This document shows, piece by piece, positions 29,701 to 37,801 of a stretch of 64,000 nucleotides of DNA. The notes beneath the pieces are model-generated. The model did no database searches, was not told where the DNA came from, and saw only the letters and a list, made by a program, of their open reading frames with translations. The DNA lies in contig JAHDLA010000010.1 in the NCBI GenBank assembly GCA_018436705.1, positions 8,075-72,074 on the forward strand, in the 5' to 3' direction. The DNA comes from Sedimentibacter sp. GTDB taxonomy: Bacteria; Bacillota; Clostridia; Tissierellales; Sedimentibacteraceae. How positions within the stretch are numbered: the stretch's first letter is position 1; each line of letters starts with the position of its first letter. The position numbers and the translations under genes are program-made.

Positions 29701-32700
29701 CTGTTGTCCGGATATGCAAGCCCATTGTTCATTGTGAGACTGTGAGCATATATTGACGAGCCTGTTGTGGTTGACTGTATTGCGGCAGGTGTGGTGCTAT
29801 ACACACTTCCGGTAATTCCCGTTGAGGTTGTTACTTCATACAGGCTATATCTCTTAGGTGATTCCGGAGGATTATATATATCTTTTCCGTCTATGTCTCT
29901 TTTAGAAACTGATGCCGTATTAATGTTTAACGCATTAATTCCGCCGTTAAGATACACATATCCCATCAAATCCTTAAGGGCTGATTCTGCCTCCGGTGTT
30001 TCCGCCCTGAATTCCAGACTGATGCTGTAGGCTTTGGCCTCCGGCAGTCCGTTTTCCAAGGCTTCTCTCACAGCTTGGTACTTGTTGGCTTCATTTCCTG
30101 TCAGCCTGCCCTTTTGGTAGCTGCTGAGAGCATCATATCTGTCTGCAAGCTCCTGAGCTAAAAATTCAACGCTTTTGTCGATTAAAGAGCCATCCTCCGG
30201 CAAACGCTCCAGTACTGCCCTGAAGCCTGTAAGCTTGATATCATTGTCATCTGATGTCTGTTCCTGAATGTTTATGATAATACTTAATGCTTCCAGCTGC
30301 GATGCTCTGGCATCATACAAATCATCCGCCGAATTAATTGCGGAAACAGCATCATTGTATGCTTCGGTCATTGCTTCCCAATCCGAAGCGGAGAAGTAGC
30401 CTTCGTCATAGGCTTCATAGGCTTCCTTAAGCTCCTCCAGCAGGCTGTCCTTTACCGCCTGAGGATCCTCTGCCGGAAGCACATGCACCTTGACTACGTC
30501 TCCTGCTGTGAGACCGTATAGAGACTTGCTGCTGTAATTATTTTCTCTCAAATCGTACAGGGCAAGCGTGTACCATCCCTCTCCGTAAAGTGTGTGGGTA
30601 AAGCTTCCGGAAGAATCCGTAACCACATCAGTTTTATTTACCGCAGGGATAAAGCTTGAATCCTCTTCCGCCCTTCCGCTTTCAAAGATGGTAGCGCCTG
30701 AAAAAGGTGTATATCCTCCGAATACCTGCGAATATGCCTTGGTGCTTTCTGCTCTGAGTGTAAAGTTTTCACCTTCTCTTACGGTTATTTCGGATGCGGG
30801 AGTGCTTCCGTCCATTATTCTCGAGGACTTAATCTGATCCACTATATCGTCAATCATGTAATGCTCATAACCCGCTCCCGAGGTTGACGGTCTTGAGGGC
30901 TGTTGCAGATAAGCAAACACCACCTCGTCTCCGTCCCGAAGTACAAAATCCTCGGGATAAAACCAAGGCGAACCATCCCCTAAATTAACTCTTATATTTC
31001 CGTTCAGTGCATCCAGAGGTCCGTTGCCCATCAAAAGCCTATACATAACTCCGTTAACAAATACGGTAGTGGCATTTGTTGCCTTTAAATACTCGTATTC
31101 TGTGGCATCCTTAAGCTGTTTTCCTGTTTCCGCAGATGCCGCATTTATGGCATCCTGCAGCGTGTGCTTTCCGCCGTCAAGCTTCATGGAAGGATTATAG
31201 TATCCGCTTAAGCCTGTCATAGCCTTGCCTGCTCTGACAGCAAGACCGTTAGGAATCTTGAAGGATACTGTTACGGAATCGAATTGGTTTTTCAGTCCGA
31301 AATGGCAGCTGTACACAAACGCAGGGTGTACATCATTTATGAGCTCATATAATTTAGCTCCGCTGTCTTCTTTTGTTGGCTGAGAATTTGAATTAACCCA
31401 ATTTAATGCGGCGTTTCTCGCATTTATAAACTCCTCCCAGCTTTCCGGAGTATAATCGGATTCGTTCATTTTTGCAGGGTCATAGAATCTTGCAAGGTCC
31501 TGAATGTCCCCGTATGCTCTTACTGCATTTTCCGCAATATTTTCACCTGCAATATATTCAAGGTCGTTTATTGCCTCATCCAGCCAGGATGTCACATCAT
31601 CAACCTGCGGCTGATAATCAATTATATTTATATCCTCAGGGTTTCCCTCATCGTCATAAAGGGATTCCAGCATATCTGCTGCAGCTGACAGCCGGTCCTC
31701 AAGGTTCGACCATGACGATGTCGTATACATTTCTTCCTCAAGAGCTTCTGCTTCCTGTATTTCTTCGTACAGCAAGGTTGCATTTACATTTTCTTTAGAT
31801 ATGAGCTTTGCTATGGCTGCATTGAGATTCGCCAAAGCAGTATCGACCTCTTCCTGAGTTGCCGCCGGTGAATCGTTTACAATTTGGGCTGTATTGAGAA
31901 TTGGCTGCATATCTGTCCAAAAGCCATTTATGCTGATTTCTTTTCCATTGTATCTGTCGTCTGAATTATAATAGTTTTCTGCCTCATCACCTGTTACAGA
32001 TAAAATAGCTGAAGATAGATTTGTTTTATCAGCCATGCTGCTACCCGAACCTATATTGATTATTACGTAATCGCATGGACTCGAAAGCATGATATTATTA
32101 TCAATTTTTGTATTAAAGCTTAATAAATAAGTCCCTGTTGCTATTTGTTCGGTAGCTGATACAACAATCGAGATTTTGCCGTTTTCAACATTTTTGGAAC
32201 CAACAGACAATTCAAACGGATTATTATTTCCTGTCAATAGAGTTGCATTGTTATTTTCTATTAAATACACACGCCCGCTATCCAGCTCATTTCTTGCTAC
32301 AATTTCCGTAATTTTACCTGAACTGTCATACTGAAAAGCATCTAGAGTTATACTATCTCCTTTTTCTATTTTATCAATATTTATCTCATTTTTTGACAAA
32401 ATAAACACATTAAAATTACTGGATCTTGAAAGTTGGCTAGCCATTGAATAAGCAAGAGCCGTACTGCCTACCACTCTCTTTGTCATTCGAACAACATCAC
32501 CATCTGAAATCTTTAAAGAAGAAAGGGTAAGATATTTTCCTATAGTATTTTTTCCTGTCTCTGTAGGTATATTTGTGTTTACACTGCACAATAAATCGGT
32601 AGTTCCAAAATATTGTTTTTTACCTGTGCCTGTTGTTCTTTGCCTTTCGATCAATTCAGAAGAAATGCTATTTATTTCTTTTGTATATAATCCATTGCCA

Positions 32701-33071
32701 TCTTTTGCCCATGTTACATATATCCAAGGATTTATGCCCATATTTTTAAGAGCTTTAATAAATACGTGCACAGGAAGTATATCTGTACCCGAAACACTGT
32801 ACCCGGTGTTTGCAGAAATTTCGTTGTTAATTGTACTTACATCAACCGAATTTATTGTGACCTTCTGCATAGGTACAATTATATTTCTGTCATAAGTATA
32901 ATTAAATGGTGACTCGGAATTACTTTGGTCTACTGCATATGGATTCTCACAATAAAAATAAACCGTAACGGAGTCATTTTCTAAAGCAAATGCATTTATC
33001 GGTATAGCAGTAAAAATTAAAAGTACTGACATTAATAATGCCAGCCACCGTTGTTTGTTATATGTTTTCAT
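26730..33071 (-). CDS. Giant S-layer-anchored protein: DUF4430-like domains, FIVAR-like helical repeats, cadherin-like domain, 3 SLH
   Basis: Signal peptide; clear DUF4430 'YIASI...LGEFSGEPGSGWMGTLN...LTDGDEIRIMYT'; helical repeats 'YTTSSW', 'YTPESW', 'YTDENW', 'ATQEEVD'; C-terminal SLH x3. Confidence 0.8.
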   Translation of the reverse strand: MKTYNKQRWLALLMSVLLIFTAIPINAFALENDSVTVYFYCENPYAVDQSNSESPFNYTYDRNIIVPMQKVTINSVDVSTINNEISANTGYSVSGTDILPVHVFIKALKNMGINPWIYVTWAKDGNGLYTKEINSISSELIERQRTTGTGKKQYFGTTDLLCSVNTNIPTETGKNTIGKYLTLSSLKISDGDVVRMTKRVVGSTALAYSMASQLSRSSNFNVFILSKNEINIDKIEKGDSITLDAFQYDSSGKITEIVARNELDSGRVYLIENNNATLLTGNNNPFELSVGSKNVENGKISIVVSATEQIATGTYLLSFNTKIDNNIMLSSPCDYVIINIGSGSSMADKTNLSSAILSVTGDEAENYYNSDDRYNGKEISINGFWTDMQPILNTAQIVNDSPAATQEEVDTALANLNAAIAKLISKENVNATLLYEEIQEAEALEEEMYTTSSWSNLEDRLSAAADMLESLYDDEGNPEDINIIDYQPQVDDVTSWLDEAINDLEYIAGENIAENAVRAYGDIQDLARFYDPAKMNESDYTPESWEEFINARNAALNWVNSNSQPTKEDSGAKLYELINDVHPAFVYSCHFGLKNQFDSVTVSFKIPNGLAVRAGKAMTGLSGYYNPSMKLDGGKHTLQDAINAASAETGKQLKDATEYEYLKATNATTVFVNGVMYRLLMGNGPLDALNGNIRVNLGDGSPWFYPEDFVLRDGDEVVFAYLQQPSRPSTSGAGYEHYMIDDIVDQIKSSRIMDGSTPASEITVREGENFTLRAESTKAYSQVFGGYTPFSGATIFESGRAEEDSSFIPAVNKTDVVTDSSGSFTHTLYGEGWYTLALYDLRENNYSSKSLYGLTAGDVVKVHVLPAEDPQAVKDSLLEELKEAYEAYDEGYFSASDWEAMTEAYNDAVSAINSADDLYDARASQLEALSIIINIQEQTSDDNDIKLTGFRAVLERLPEDGSLIDKSVEFLAQELADRYDALSSYQKGRLTGNEANKYQAVREALENGLPEAKAYSISLEFRAETPEAESALKDLMGYVYLNGGINALNINTASVSKRDIDGKDIYNPPESPKRYSLYEVTTSTGITGSVYSTTPAAIQSTTTGSSIYAHSLTMNNGLAYPDNRIDIYPTIQGPAYNFGYVEGNGWIMLDDGPVSEDNVLAKGRTILIEGVPYELKSVAVDGVDKIESRELAVTDLNWEEKGMPYGAVRVLDMGRTFTMPYSDIIITVTWGPVGDSPNPGGDAELAAAKSIAAIAVNNAFSSYTSYEYTDENWAELVNIKNTGLDEISVAESIAAVEAARDRIIADMAAIEKNISQGDIPDFGKVVGTVDLYMENTTFSGGAWTGTILRKTGYEFAENDTMMTVVLRALAEAGFGWTGQGGKEGNVDEYTIEYIASITKNGKSLGEFSGEPGSGWMGTLNDFFVNEGFQQFSYENGKLTDGDEIRIMYTQNLGVDLGGTWGNSDTSLADLKLSTGKLYPLFDSGNYNYTLVMPSSSGRVKVTPTAANRNYLVKTFLNDKVTSRREGSSFYKRTRFIPVRSGDYINIGVGEYAWPSMNNQETEARNYSGTWYRLDIISPDKGASRVVSLINALPSVKRIDISYENEIKNIRNIYDILTSSEQGNVTNIDKLNEAEARIEFFREIEAVKDLLKKIPTASKVTLKDKQAVVDADAAYKKLTDEQKLYITVGDVKNYNDAIDRLIELGAFSSGSTPSKIVGSDAVPIIEGETIDVQAETKVVNKEATSKVDNKQIKDAIAEAEKAEDVSSITIKADTKEEVTKSTVVVPKSSMAEISEARLDLKVETSVGTMSMPEKVLTEILKQAQGSSVEIVMESMAPEKLTDEQRAVTEGSTVYDISIISSGQKISSFGGQKITISLPYQLKDNQVKENVTVWYMNDDGELEKISCTYDEKTGLATFTTDHLSYYVVGYDNSIIFTDVTEDDWFYQSVMFAVDKGLFTGTGESTFSPNMPMTRAMLVTVLHRMEGKPQPSSGTGFIDVASGQWYETSVRWSAEKQIVKGITETEFGPDANITREQLAVILYRYASSKDKAKKVSGAMNEFPDRDKISIWSEDAMKWAAGSGIITGREDKTLDPEGNATRAEVSAMLQRFIENIE

Positions 33072-33149
33072 GAAATTATTTCCTCGTACTATATTTAATT
33101 TGAAGCAGATACCGTTATAATAAAGGTATCCACTTCAATTTATACTACT

Positions 33150-34991
33150 TTACTGAGCAATCTTAAGCAATATTACGTACGGTGAACCGTCACCGTCCTG
33201 CACTATTGCTCTTACATCCTTGTATCCTGATGCTGGAATGCCGCTTATATTTTGTGATGAACCATATATATTGTTCATATAAACATGGTCTTCTCCACTG
33301 TTTACAAAAATAGTCATTGAAGATTCGCCAAGTGCTGTAATTTCAACAGTTCCCATGTTCTGTATTGTTCCGTCTGTTACAAGATCAACTAAATCATAAG
33401 TAGTTTCTCCATACTCATCTTCAATAGTTACTTTTATACTTGGTTCGGCTGCACTTCCAGTACCTGTTTCAGTGTTTTCCTTAACTCCCAATACCTCTGT
33501 TGATATCTCCCCGAATATGCCGTTCATCTGCTGAACTCCGGTATACACTCTTACAAAACGGATGCTGTCCAGATCAACAGGCTCTCCTGCTTCGTCAACT
33601 GCCCATGAAATGTCTATGGGGTCTCCGCCGCCTGTTCCTGTTGTTGCTGTATTGTAATCTCCACTGCTTGACACTCCGTCTAACGAGTACGGATTGTACG
33701 CTGTGTCAAAATTCGATGACCTGTTGGGATGTATATCACAGTATCCGAAAACAAACTGACTGTTTCCTGTGGTTGTACCGCTGGTAACATACTTAACTCC
33801 GTCAAAATACAGCAGTGATGTATCATCCACTGTAATTGACGTGCTGTCGGTATATGTTACATCTACTCCAACACCTGATACAATCGGAACTCTCTTCACA
33901 AAATCGAGATCGTCAATTCTGTCCACAGGCTGGCAGGTCTTGGAATTGATCAGTCTGTTAGCAAAATAGTTTACAGCTAACGGATACCAGCTGTGGTTAT
34001 GGAAGGTATTTTTATTAACCAGTCCGTTGCCTGTCCATGTTTGAGGACTGCCGTCACTTGTAGCGTCCTTTGCAGTGTAAGGAACAGAGGCTAAAGTATT
34101 GGCTTCCGGATTCGGATCAGCGTATGTAACTTTGTAGTCTCTTTCAACATCATCCTTATAATAATCTGAGCCGGCTATATTGTACCATGCATCAGGCTCA
34201 CCGTCCTCATTTGCATCCGGTGCAACCTGTACTGCTCCTGCCTCTGAATTTCCCCAGAAAGCATTTCCATACACTATAAAATCAGCACCGTATTTATTGT
34301 TAGGATCGTTGGATATTCCTGTTGAGCCGAAATCAAATACCGTATATCCGCCGAAAGAACCCAATGAAACACCCGTACCTGTAGGATCACCGCCAAATTT
34401 AAGATCTCCGGCAGAACTATAGGCGTCTCCCCAGCCTCCGGAGCCCATACCTTCATTTACAAACTGAGCAGGCGCAGGCAGATAAGCATACAGATTGCTG
34501 TCTCCTGTTTTTATATCCTTAGGCTCATCAAATGTGATGGTGATAGCCTGAGAACCTCCTCCTGCTGTTGCATTAAACTCAACCTTCTTGGTAGAAGATG
34601 TTTTTGCAATAGACATGTCATAAACACCTGTAGTTGACGGCGGCTGCGTAACGGTAACGTTTGTTCCCGTCATTCCGTTTATTGTCAATGTACCGCTGTT
34701 AGGCTCTATTACTAAAAGAAGCCTGTCCGGATAATAGTTAGCAGAATCCGCACCCGTATATACCGCGTGGTACGTCAATGTGCTCGTTTCATCAAACTGC
34801 ATAAGTGATTCCGGCGGAACCGGATCATATGCAGGGTCTCCGAAATACAATTTTACATTTCCAGTATCAAAAGGATTGTCTGTGAAGCTCCATGCATATG
34901 TAACTCCCGGCATAAATGTCATAATGACCATTGCAAGTATAAGTGTCAGTGCAAATAGCTTATTGCTTTGTCTTGTTGTTAATTTGTTCAT
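33150..34991 (-). CDS. Secreted protein with a BtuH-like cobalamin-binding domain
   Basis: Signal peptide; 'YLPAPAQFVN', 'VSLGSFGGY', 'FIVYGNAF', 'WYNIAGS', 'IDISWAVD..G.PV.L..IRFVRVYTG' recall Bacteroides BtuH-type surface proteins (from memory); downstream of a B12 riboswitch. Confidence 0.65.
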   Translation of the reverse strand: MNKLTTRQSNKLFALTLILAMVIMTFMPGVTYAWSFTDNPFDTGNVKLYFGDPAYDPVPPESLMQFDETSTLTYHAVYTGADSANYYPDRLLLVIEPNSGTLTINGMTGTNVTVTQPPSTTGVYDMSIAKTSSTKKVEFNATAGGGSQAITITFDEPKDIKTGDSNLYAYLPAPAQFVNEGMGSGGWGDAYSSAGDLKFGGDPTGTGVSLGSFGGYTVFDFGSTGISNDPNNKYGADFIVYGNAFWGNSEAGAVQVAPDANEDGEPDAWYNIAGSDYYKDDVERDYKVTYADPNPEANTLASVPYTAKDATSDGSPQTWTGNGLVNKNTFHNHSWYPLAVNYFANRLINSKTCQPVDRIDDLDFVKRVPIVSGVGVDVTYTDSTSITVDDTSLLYFDGVKYVTSGTTTGNSQFVFGYCDIHPNRSSNFDTAYNPYSLDGVSSSGDYNTATTGTGGGDPIDISWAVDEAGEPVDLDSIRFVRVYTGVQQMNGIFGEISTEVLGVKENTETGTGSAAEPSIKVTIEDEYGETTYDLVDLVTDGTIQNMGTVEITALGESSMTIFVNSGEDHVYMNNIYGSSQNISGIPASGYKDVRAIVQDGDGSPYVILLKIAQ

Positions 34992-35218
34992 TTTTTTATA
35001 CTCCCTTTCATTTTATTTTTTTAATGCTTGTATATCGCGACTGTTAAATTAAACATCACCTCCAATTTCAATATCACACTGACTGTTTCCGCGCATAGCG
35101 ATTCCTCTTCACGCCAATCACGGATATTAAATTATCAATGTGCATTGCATTACGCAGTCTCGCTGCACAATTTGCACGTTCCTTTTGTCGCACAAAATTG
35201 GCGTTGGGTTAGGGCATA

Positions 35219-35492
35219 TAAAAACACCTGCATTTTCGAGACGAAAAATACAGGTGTAACATTTATTGTGACAACAGATTTATGATATATTTATTTATCC
35301 TGTATATTATTTTTCGCTGGAAAATAATAGTACGTACCTGTTTTCACGTATCCTGACTCAGCTTCATCGCTCGTCCCCGCCTTCCCGCCTAAGCAGTGGC
35401 ATATCACTGGGATTCGCTCAGCAACACAGTAACCCGATTGTCCGGGATTCTCACCCGGTTCCGTGGTTAAACAGTTTTTATGCAAATGTTTT
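35219..35492 (-). promoter_or_regulatory. Cobalamin riboswitch (variant, copy 2) with P13 and terminator
   Basis: CACGGAACCGGGTGAGAATCCCGGACAATCGGGTTACTGTG...GCCACTG...GGGAAGG...GAGTCAGGATACGTG; terminator ~35221-35257. Confidence 0.85.
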
Positions 35493-35501
35493 TATATCAT
35501 A

Positions 35502-35530
35502 ATATTAACAATAATTACATCATATGTCAA
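35502..35530 (-). promoter_or_regulatory. sigma-A promoter of riboswitch copy 2
   Basis: TTGACA-N17-TAATAT with extended -10 TG. Confidence 0.75.
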
Positions 35531-35621
35531 CATAAATATATTTTACTAATGTTAAAAATACTTCTTTAATTTTATTAATTGCAAGCCTTTTATCATATTT
35601 TAAAGTTGAAAAATTTTATTA

Positions 35622-35650
35622 TTTACATTGCCGGATTATTAATATATAAT
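35622..35650 (+). promoter_or_regulatory. sigma-A promoter of the canonical riboswitch
   Basis: TTTACA-N17-TATAAT. Confidence 0.65.
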
Positions 35651-35675
35651 AGCTTTTGATAATTGAATATTGACG

Positions 35676-35972
35676 CTTTATGGTGCTGCATACAGCAGTT
35701 AAAAGGGAAGCCGGTTAAATTCCGGCGCGGTCCCGCCACTGTAACAGGAAGTCCGGTTATTTTAATGCCACTGTTTTTTATAAACGGGAAGGTGATATCC
35801 GAATGATGATCTGAAGCCAGGAGACCTGCCATAAAGAACGATACCGTTATAACTTACGAGGATAAGGTGGTGTTAATTATGATATTAGTTGAAGTAGTTT
35901 TTTTCCTGCTCTTAATGTTTATCTTTTTAATGTTTGGCCTTTTTCTTGTAAAGAAGGCTGTTTTTATTTTTT
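35676..35972 (+). promoter_or_regulatory. Canonical cobalamin riboswitch with terminator/antiterminator
   Basis: GGTGC...AAAAGGGAAGCCGGTTAAATTCCGGCGCGGTCCCGCCACTGTAA...GCCACTG...GGGAAGG...AGCCAGGAGACCTGCC (B12 box); terminator GGCCTTTTT/AAAGAAGGCT plus T-tract ~35936-35971. Confidence 0.95.
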
Positions 35973-35986
35973 GAGGAGGAAACATA

Positions 35987-37489
35987 ATGTTTGACAGCAG
36001 GATCAGAAATTCTGAATTAATGAAAAAAATCGTATCACCCGAAGAGGCGGCTATGCTGGTAAAAAACGGAATGAACGTTGCGACCAGCGGCTTTACTCTG
36101 TCTGGGTACCCAAAAGCAGTGTCACTGGCGCTGGCAAAAAGAGTTAAAGAAACCGGTGAAAATATTAAAATAAATTTGCTTACAGGTGCGTCTGTGGGTG
36201 ACGAACTCGATGGTGAACTTGCAAGAGCCGGTATATTAAAAAAAAGATTGCCCTACCAAACTAATGATAGTTTAAGAAACAGCATCAATAAAGGTGGGTG
36301 CGAATATCTGGACATGCATATGAGCCAGGTTCCGCAGTATATAAGGTACGGTTTTCTCGGAAAAATCGATATAGCAATAATTGAAGCGGTAGCCATAACC
36401 GAGGAAGGACACATCATACCATCCACTTCCGTTGGATGTTCGCCGTCTTTTGTCAGAAACGCTGAAAAAGTAATTGTTGAGATAAATACAAGCCAGCCCG
36501 TAGAGCTGGAAGGTATGGCGGATATTTTTTCCCCGAAAAGCCCGCCTAATCAGGAACCTATTATGATATCAAAGGCAAATCAAAGAATTGGAACTCCATA
36601 TATTACTTGCGGAGCTGATAAAATAGCCGCCATAGTAATAACTGATATACCGGACGATGTTAAAGATTTAGCTCCGGTTGATGATGCTTCGGCTAAAATA
36701 TCCGAATACCTTATAGATTTTTTAGCGCACGAGGTTAGAATGGGGAGGCTTCCCAAAAACCTTTTACCACTTCAATCAGGAGTGGGAAGTGTGGCTAACG
36801 CTGTTCTTTCCGGATTAAAAAAATCAGATTTTAATAACCTCACTTGCTATACAGAAGTTGTACAGGATTCAATGCTTGATTTAATTGATGATGGAAAGGT
36901 GCTTCATGCATCGTGCACATCAATAACTACTTCAAAGAAAGGGCAGAAAAAATTTTATGATGGAATAAAATTTTATAAAGACAAAATTATACTGAGACCT
37001 CAGGAAATCAGCAATCATCCTGAAATAATAAGGAGACTCGGCATAATATCTATGAACACCGCAATAGAAGCAGATATATACGGGAACATCAATTCTACCC
37101 ACATTGCAGGTTCAAGAATGATGAATGGAATTGGAGGATCCGGCGATTTTACCCGCAATGCATATATTTCCATATTTACAACTGCATCTACAGCAAAACA
37201 CGGACAAATTTCATCCATTGTTCCGATGGTTTCTCACCATGACCATTCAGAACATGATGTAATGATCCTGGTAACCGAAAACGGCCTGGCAGACTTGAGA
37301 GGACTGAGTCCAAAAGAAAGAGCAAGACTTATAATCAATAATTGCGCACATCCTGACTTTCGTCACATGCTGCTTGATTATTTTAAGAATGCTCAAAAAT
37401 CAGGGAGGATGCATACTCCACATCTTTTAGACGAAGCCTTTTCCTGTCATACGAGATATATTGAATCTGGAAGCATGAAAATGGACTAA
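35987..37489 (+). CDS. Acetyl-CoA hydrolase/transferase family (succinate CoA-transferase, Cat1/ScpC-like)
   Basis: 'SGFT.SGYPK', 'PLQSGVGSVAN', 'YTEVVQD', 'MNGIGGSGDF', 'VTENGLADLRGL', 'HTPH'. Confidence 0.9.
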   Translation: MFDSRIRNSELMKKIVSPEEAAMLVKNGMNVATSGFTLSGYPKAVSLALAKRVKETGENIKINLLTGASVGDELDGELARAGILKKRLPYQTNDSLRNSINKGGCEYLDMHMSQVPQYIRYGFLGKIDIAIIEAVAITEEGHIIPSTSVGCSPSFVRNAEKVIVEINTSQPVELEGMADIFSPKSPPNQEPIMISKANQRIGTPYITCGADKIAAIVITDIPDDVKDLAPVDDASAKISEYLIDFLAHEVRMGRLPKNLLPLQSGVGSVANAVLSGLKKSDFNNLTCYTEVVQDSMLDLIDDGKVLHASCTSITTSKKGQKKFYDGIKFYKDKIILRPQEISNHPEIIRRLGIISMNTAIEADIYGNINSTHIAGSRMMNGIGGSGDFTRNAYISIFTTASTAKHGQISSIVPMVSHHDHSEHDVMILVTENGLADLRGLSPKERARLIINNCAHPDFRHMLLDYFKNAQKSGRMHTPHLLDEAFSCHTRYIESGSMKMD

Positions 37490-37502
37490 AAATGCACAAA
37501 AT

Positions 37503-37531
37503 AAAATACCGGTTTTTTTCCGGTATTTTTT
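37503..37531. terminator. Bidirectional intrinsic terminator
   Basis: AAAATACCGG-N-CCGGTATTTT hairpin between the CoA-transferase and the convergent non-coding transcript. Confidence 0.8.
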
Positions 37532-37552
37532 GAATTTTATTTTAATTCAGCA

Positions 37553-37800
37553 ATTCAATTGGGATGTCGGCCGCTCCTTGTTAATCAACATTTAGCATAG
37601 TATTTTTAAATAGCAACAGCCCGGTAAACAGCTCGACCTAAACATGAACGTTAATACTTGGAGGTGGCTGCGGCTCGCATTCGCAACTTTTATAACGTCA
37701 GTTTATACTGCTACCGTTCAAAACTAATTAGCAAACGACTAAGAATATCTTTGTCGGTTTCATACTTTATGGAGAGTATTGCGCCCGACAACCCTTGAAT
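37553..37800 (-). ncRNA. Candidate structured non-coding RNA downstream of riboswitch copy 3
   Basis: No RBS-preceded ORF (ATG-started minus-strand frames I checked are only 9-17 aa); ends pair (ATTCAA-GGGTTGTCGGGCGC with GCGGCCGACATCCC-AA-TTGAAT); several internal stems. Confidence 0.55.
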
Positions 37801-37801
37801 G

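Noticed and set aside
35140-35180. GCAAA-stem-GAGA-stem resembling a c-di-GMP-I riboswitch
   Set aside because: Lacks the GACGCAAA junction and the second hairpin with its tetraloop receptor.
35028-35832. Track ORFs 35028-35285, 35291-35485 and 35623-35832
   Set aside because: They overlap riboswitch or leader RNA, lack RBSs and do not look protein-like.
37590-37765. Micro-ORFs (MKPTKIFLVVC, MRAAATSKY, MFRSSCLPGCCYLKILC) as the riboswitch target
   Set aside because: None has a recognisable RBS; not fully excluded without Ribo-seq.
37553-37800. Housekeeping RNA (RNase P, SRP, tmRNA) or group II intron fragment
   Set aside because: No GAGGAAAGUCC, SRP domain IV, tRNA-like end or domain V motif; 6S cannot be strictly excluded by eye.
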